Assembly: GCA_965112155.1 (NCBI GenBank)
Contig: OZ218099.1
Direction: 5' to 3' (one strand)
Source of the DNA: Podarcis liolepis
Lineage: Eukaryota
DNA length: 64,000 bases
Shown: positions 58,101 through 64,000 of the stretch, piece after piece
Position numbering within the stretch: the stretch's first letter is position 1
Layout: each line of letters begins with the position of its first letter
Notes under the pieces: model-generated
Databases searched by the model: none
What the model was told of the DNA's origin: nothing
What the model saw: only the letters and a program-made list of their open reading frames with translations
Position numbers and translations under genes: made by a program

Positions 58101-61100
58101 CTTGCAAGTGCTGTCAGTTTGAATAGTATTGTCAGTACCCTGCTTATATTAAATGGGAGGATAATGTCTGTCTCAGCCATGAGCTCTGCTGACCCATAGC
58201 AGAACCCATGAGTGCTCCACCGTACTTAGCATAAATGATAAGAGTAAGTAGCGTTCTAACTAAAATGGAAAATGAACATTTAAAAAATGTTCTTAAAAAT
58301 TATGCATTGCCTTGGAATGTGGACCATGCTTTTATAGTCTCCCTTTGTTGTTTTGTGAGATAACTTGTTGCCTTTTTTTTTTACCATGGGTGAACTAAGG
58401 TTATCTTTCCTGGTTGAGAAGATGGAACCTGTGTAGGCTCCTCCATTTGAGTGACAGGTATTAGGGATCAGTAGAGCTCTCCTCTATTTTCCTCAAGTTT
58501 TTGACTTCTTTCTGTTCCTTCTTTCTGACTTTAGAACATGCTGATCACAATCTAGCCAAAGTCCAAAATTGTACACTAAGCCACATTACCTTCTCTAATG
58601 GGAATATAAGCGTTGATGTTCCATTGGCTTGCTTTCCAGCTTTGAATTCACTTTTAAGTATGAACAGATCTAAAGGAAATGACCTCCTTGTAGGTCTGTT
58701 AGGATCCTGTAATGCTAAAAATATGTTTAGCTCCATTCACCATTGGACTTTCCCAAAACTTTCCTTATACGCTATTGCAATATATTGTCCTGTGTGCATG
58801 TTTCTTCTATGGCTTTAAAAAAAACTTTGGCATCATTGAACTTGCCCATAAAGGGCCCAGTGATTAACTTGCAAAACACAAGTTAATCTCTCTAGATAAC
58901 CTGAAATGTTGTATTACTTCTGGAAGCTGTTTCTATGAGATGAGAGCAAAAGAATGTGCGTATAAAATAAGATAAATTCTTATTACTTTAAGGTAAGCTA
59001 TTTCAATCTGGGGTTACAGCCTGCTTTGGGACTGGAAACAGCCTTTATCACTTTTGTGGATTATTTACATCAGAAGATGGAAGATGGACTGGGTTCCTGT
59101 TGGTTCCTCTGGACTTTTCAGTCACAATCAGTACCATTGACCAAGGGGGTAGGGCTTGGGTGCACTGTTAAGTAGGCTCTGCTTATTCCTTCTGAGACAG
59201 GGCTCAGAAAATGATGCTGGGGCAGCTACTGTTCCTCCCCATGGCGAGTTGCCTGCAGGGTTCTTTCCTTGTTCTGCTTAAGCATCTACATAAAAGCTCT
59301 GGGTGATCGGACACAGTTGAAGTTGAAGCTGGAAATCTCCAGTTTTGAGATCTGGGCTATATAGTCATCAGTGTGCAGATACATAGACCTTTCTCATTTT
59401 CATCTGATCCTAGGGAGACAGTAAGGAAATAAGGTGGTAAGAAATTGAGAAGGATACACATTTTAAACTCGAAAACTGTGTATACTAGCAAAGCTCAGCA
59501 TCAACAAGGTCTGTTGCTTCAAGCATTGACTTAACAATTTACTTTTCATCTTTTCCCTTGTTGGGGAGTAAAGCAAGTTTTGATGGAGAATTATATTTAA
59601 AAAATATAATTCTACTATTGGATTGCTGTGCTTTTATTACTTACCTGGCCTCTTGAACATGGGTGTAAGAGATGAGCTGGTATATAACTTGGCATGTCTC
59701 TACTGACTTTGGAAAATTACAGCTTGACCTCAAGGTTAGGGAGCAAAGAACTGCAAGCAGGGCTCGTGTGCATAGTTAAACAAAGCCTTGTTGCTAATCC
59801 CATGTCCAGAGTAAGTTCACAATACTTTCCTTTAGGGCAGAAACATTTTTTATTTTATTTTTTTAGGTAGGTGAGTTTAAGTAGACTACCTGGGACTAAT
59901 GTTATACCCATTAAAACAACAATGAGAAATTTGAAATATAAAACAGTGGGCACATCTTAGCAGGAATGCCAACTCGGGGGGGGGGGAGGTGTCTTCACCC
60001 CTCTGAATATTTGTTGGATATTGTTGAGGAGGCCTGGTGCATGTCGCATGCATGTGACGTACGTCATGCATGCTGCACTTTGCAGCATCAGCGGCTGGCT
60101 CCTCCAGAGTGCTCTACCTCCTCCAGATGACACAACGTTGAACTTTCTGTTTAGTTGGGTATTTGTTGTTTCGGTCAAGAGTGAACTGTGAAAGTACGTT
60201 CTAAGTTTTGGCTATTGTATGTGAGAAATACTTGGGAAGTGTGTTACAGATGACAACATGGTAATGTCTTCACTGCAAGTCATTGTGCCTCAGTTAAATA
60301 TCTATGTAAATTCCAATGTTGGTCTCACAACACTAAATGGAATTTCAACATATGCAGTGTACTCTTGTTATCTGGAACACTAGGTAATGTGGAATACCAA
60401 TATTTGAAGTAAGTAGAATTCCAAGACTTGCAGTTTTTATTGAACTGCATCTGACCAGAAACTACTGATAACTGTATAGCACAGAGCAAATGACATTATG
60501 TACTGCACTGCTGCATTTCAAGTAAATAGATGAGCTCTTTGGGCTTTAAATGCTAAGAGGATGGTTTTGAGATTATGGTCATAAAAAGTTGTTTGTAATA
60601 CTGTAATGCTTCAGATTTTAAAAGAATGATTTATACCTTTGTATAACGTGAGGGGGGGGGGATACAAGCCTCAATATATCCTATCAGTAGAGTAAAAAAA
60701 TAAAAGAAAAAGATAAGAAATGTAGGAGAATAAAATTTTAGCTCAATGAGAATTTTTCCCACTTGGACTATTTCATCACTTCGTTTATATCAATATGAGT
60801 GTTTGGAAATGCATAACTAGTTATGTTTTACTCTAATTGCATAAAGAACTAAATATAATTGTTTTATGAAACTACTTTTGCTGAGGCTTGAAGTCTGTGG
60901 TTTTAAATCAGCATTTGACGTGTCAAGCTGATGAAATTTGGCAAACATGGCCTTGCATCAGATAGGGTTATATTTTTATTATTTTGTTTATTATTCACAT
61001 ATTGTGATTCTACTTTCCAAACAGGACTGGTGGTAGCTCTTGACTGTTTTAAATTTGCTTCAATATATTTTGGATATTTAAACTGCATTTCCATCCCGAA

Positions 61101-62121
61101 TGTGCTTAAGGTAGTTTACAACAACCTAACAAAACACACAGCAAAAAATCAATGCAAGATATCAATATAATTACTTACAGTGACAGCAAAACTATCCATG
61201 TTGAGACTTGAGAACTAAAATGTATTCTAAAATAAGTAAGTGTTCAGTTGACAGTTAACACCGTATGATGTAGCCTTGGAGGCCTCCCAAAAAAAGTATT
61301 CCAGAGCTGCCATACTACACTGGAAAATCCCCATTTTGGGTACACGTATCTAATTATCCATGGAAAGGTAGCCTATTGGAGATCCCTAAAAGTAGTGGGA
61401 TTTTATATGAGAGAAAGTGTTGTCTAAAACACACAGCATATTTAAGGTCATCATTTAGTGACAGTGAATTCTGAAATGCTTTTCACTAGGTCTTGATTTG
61501 CCATAAATACTGGAAAAAAATCTTTTTGGATTTTTTTTTTTAATATGAGGTTGTTTTGAACTGCATTATTTGTAAAACTGATTTTGCCTTACTTATTGTG
61601 TACTTGATATGAGTGTATAAATCAAAATGCTGTTCACTTGTTTTTAATACTTTGTTATTGTGAGTCATTTTGAGCTCAACTTTGTTGCAAAAGTGGCATT
61701 CAAATATTAAATCAAACTAAATTGGGTTAAAGCAATCTTTATGCTACAAATGAAAAATATTTACTCAAATGATGCAGACATTATATATTCTGTATCTTGT
61801 TTCTTGGTAGGAGTACCTCTGAATTAGGTTCAGATAACCTTGACTTCCTAACTTGAAGTTACAGTACTTTTGTTTCAAAATTATTGTGCTCCAAGGGACT
61901 GATCCGGTCGGTGTATTCCCACATAACTTCAGTAAATGCTTGAGCCTCCAGTGCTTACAAACTGTTCTCCAAACCATTAATAGTTTGCTTTACTCTAATC
62001 AATATAAGCTGATTCGGAGTATGTTATTAAATTGCTGCTTTAAAAAAATCTGTTTTGAAAAGGTTTCTGGGTAGTTCTTAGTAGCATTCTCTTTAAACTG
62101 GTATTTGTGTTTTACTTGCAG
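49167..62121 (+). other. CPEB4: CPEB4 intron between first coding exon and exon 2 (12,955 bp, GT-AG)
   Basis: Bounded by the donor and acceptor above. No other CPEB-like coding sequence seen inside. Confidence 0.92.
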
Positions 62122-62203
62122 GATCGCACGAGAACTTTTGACATGCATTCACTGGAGAACTCGCTAATTGACATAATGAGAGCTGAAAGTGATTCACTGA
62201 AAG
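62122..62203 (+). CDS. CPEB4: CPEB4 coding exon 2 (82 nt, DRTRTFDMHSLENSLIDIMRAESDSLK-G)
   Basis: Acceptor TTTTACTTGCAG|GAT (AG 62120-62121) and donor AAG|GTAAAC. In frame with exon 1. Encodes the CPEB2/3/4 motif FDMHSLE.SLIDIMRAE. Too short for the ORF track. Confidence 0.96.
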
Positions 62204-63531
62204 GTAAACTTGGATTACTCTTTTCCTGCAATAAATAATTAGGCTGACATACTTGCACAAAGTATGAAGTTCAAGTATTTATAGAATAGCTAAAGCAGTT
62301 ACTTCCCCCTCCTATTTGTTAGTTTCTCCAGACTCTGGACCTCCTTTTTCTTTTGCTTCAAGTGGAAGCCGTCAGTAAAACATTTGTGTGTGCTTAATGG
62401 CCTTGGCATAATACCACTTAAAAACACAGGCCATGTTTTCCAGCATTGCTTTCTGAAGTGGCTTCAGATTAGTAACACTTTTAAAATGTGATTTAAAATT
62501 GAAGCCTTATCTGAAGATATGTAAAATGCACCTACCCTGTTTGCCTATTTTCCTCAGTATGATATTTTACAGTCTTGGGCAATCCTGTTATACCATAGAT
62601 ATAATGTACAAGAGTCCTTTGAATATTAGGGGTTTTGTTGGAGTACAAGGTAACCAACTGACCTAGCCCTAGAGCTGTGTATGTACTGTCTGTCTGGTAA
62701 ACTGGTAGAAAATGTGAGCTAAGCATATAAGTTACAGAAGTGATTAATTTTGGTTTGGATGAAGATGCCACTCAGTGTTGTTTCATTGTGGTTCCTCTAT
62801 ATTGTAATACACCTACAGAACAAGATGGTGCAGAATTTGCCCCTGAACTGAAGTTTAAGGTCCATTTAACTTGGGACAGGCCAAATGCACTGGTTCCACT
62901 CCATAATTAACTTCTTTTCAATGACTCTTGGAATTATGGGAAAGGTCGTTCCCATGTTCCATCTCTGCTCCTAGGCCTGGTGATATGGGTAGCCTCTTTG
63001 ACTGTGGTAACTATATTTCCCATTATATGGATTGGCTCAAGCGTTCCTAGGAACAACCAGTCCCAAGAGCAGGCTGAGGCCTCAACAATGGTAATTAGTA
63101 ATTAGGGATATAGAAGTGGCCTGACTCCCCAGTGTTCAGACTTGGAGCTGATTTGAAATCTTTTAAACTCTGGCATATGTGATGACAAAATTATCTGTTG
63201 TCATTGAGCATTTTGTGTTCCTGCAGACTCCAGTTAATCTGTGCATTATGCAGAATGGATGATACTCCTAGTCCAAATTCACTGCTGAAATCTTGTAAAT
63301 TCTGACAATGACACTTTGACATTGAAAACTTTGTCAGAAACATCTTAGTGGGTACACATACTACCTACTCGGGATGTAGAGAATAAATTAATAAATGTCT
63401 GCTGTCTGACAAAATGAACAATGCTTCTATCAGCTGAAAATGGTACAGCTTGAGGAATTGATGAAGTCACATAAATAACCATTCTTCTGTTCTGAAAATG
63501 GTTTGAATCAAAACATACCTGAAATATATTA

Positions 63532-63845
63532 CAGTGGTACCTCGCAAGACGAATGCCTCGCAAGACGAAAAACGCGCAAGACAAAAGAGTTTTCCGTTTT
63601 TTGAGTCGTTCCGCAAGACGAATTTCCCTATGGGCTTGCTTCGCAAGACGAAACGTCTTGCGAGTTCTTGCGAGTTTGTTTCCTTTTTCTTAAAGCCGCT
63701 AAGCCGTTAATAGCCGCTAAGCCGTTAATAGCCGCTAAGCTGCTAATAGCCGCTAAGCCGCTAATAGCCGTGCTTTGCAAGACGAAAAACCGCAAGACAA
63801 AGAGACTCGCGGAACGGATTAATTTCGTCTTGCGAGGTACCACTG
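63532..63845. mobile_element. Young Tc1/mariner (Tigger/pogo-like) MITE in the CPEB4 intron after exon 2
   Basis: Perfect 22-bp TIR CAGTGGTACCTCGCAAGACGAA and TA TSD. Many internal GCAAGAC units, about four 18-bp AGCCGCTAAGCCGTTAAT repeats, CpGs intact. Confidence 0.93.
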
Positions 63846-64000
63846 TAATGTACAGCCTCCTAGAAGCAGCATGCTAAGCAATACATTTGTCTTGTTTAGG
63901 GTCAGTGCTTAAGCAATAATCTTAACTTACATGTCTTGGGGTTTTATGTGTCAGACTCCCTTATTTATTTACTTTGTCCAAGGCTTTTGCTCTAGTTCAT

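Noticed and set aside
63541-63830. CRISPR-like repeat/spacer appearance of GCAAGACGA units
   Set aside because: Units are under 12 bp, irregularly spaced, in both orientations and enclosed by TIRs and a TA TSD in a vertebrate intron. No cas genes.
63628-63877. ORFs with AAKPLI / AAINGL peptide repeats
   Set aside because: Translations of the 18-bp tandem repeat inside a MITE.
62204-64000. CPEB4 exon 3 and the neuronal microexon
   Set aside because: No matching coding sequence seen after exon 2. Presumably beyond the window end.

Overview
This is a 64-kb vertebrate genomic window. The repeat families suggest a squamate reptile, probably a lacertid lizard (inference). The first ~44 kb is non-coding, repeat-rich DNA: tRNA-derived SINEs, L2 LINE 3' fragments, hAT and Tc1/mariner MITEs with readable TIRs/TSDs, solo LTRs, and one apparently very young Penelope-like insertion carrying two inverted minimal hammerhead ribozyme motifs. 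The last ~20 kb holds the 5' part of CPEB4 on the + strand: a CpG-island promoter (~45.9-46.3 kb), a ~1.8-kb leader with 10 upstream ATGs and candidate splice sites, the first coding exon (48042-49166), a 12,955-bp intron and coding exon 2 (62122-62203). The RRM/ZZ exons lie beyond the window. No other ORF in the track looks like a real protein. Best leads: the twin-hammerhead palindrome with a 13-bp TSD, a possible splice-controlled uORF switch in the CPEB4 leader, a 1.2-kb hAT element with GC-rich structured cargo, a ~550-bp non-TE duplication with patchy conservation, and repeated nesting of hAT MITEs inside SINEs. No alignments or database searches were run. Family names come from recognition and need Dfam/BLAST/Infernal confirmation.
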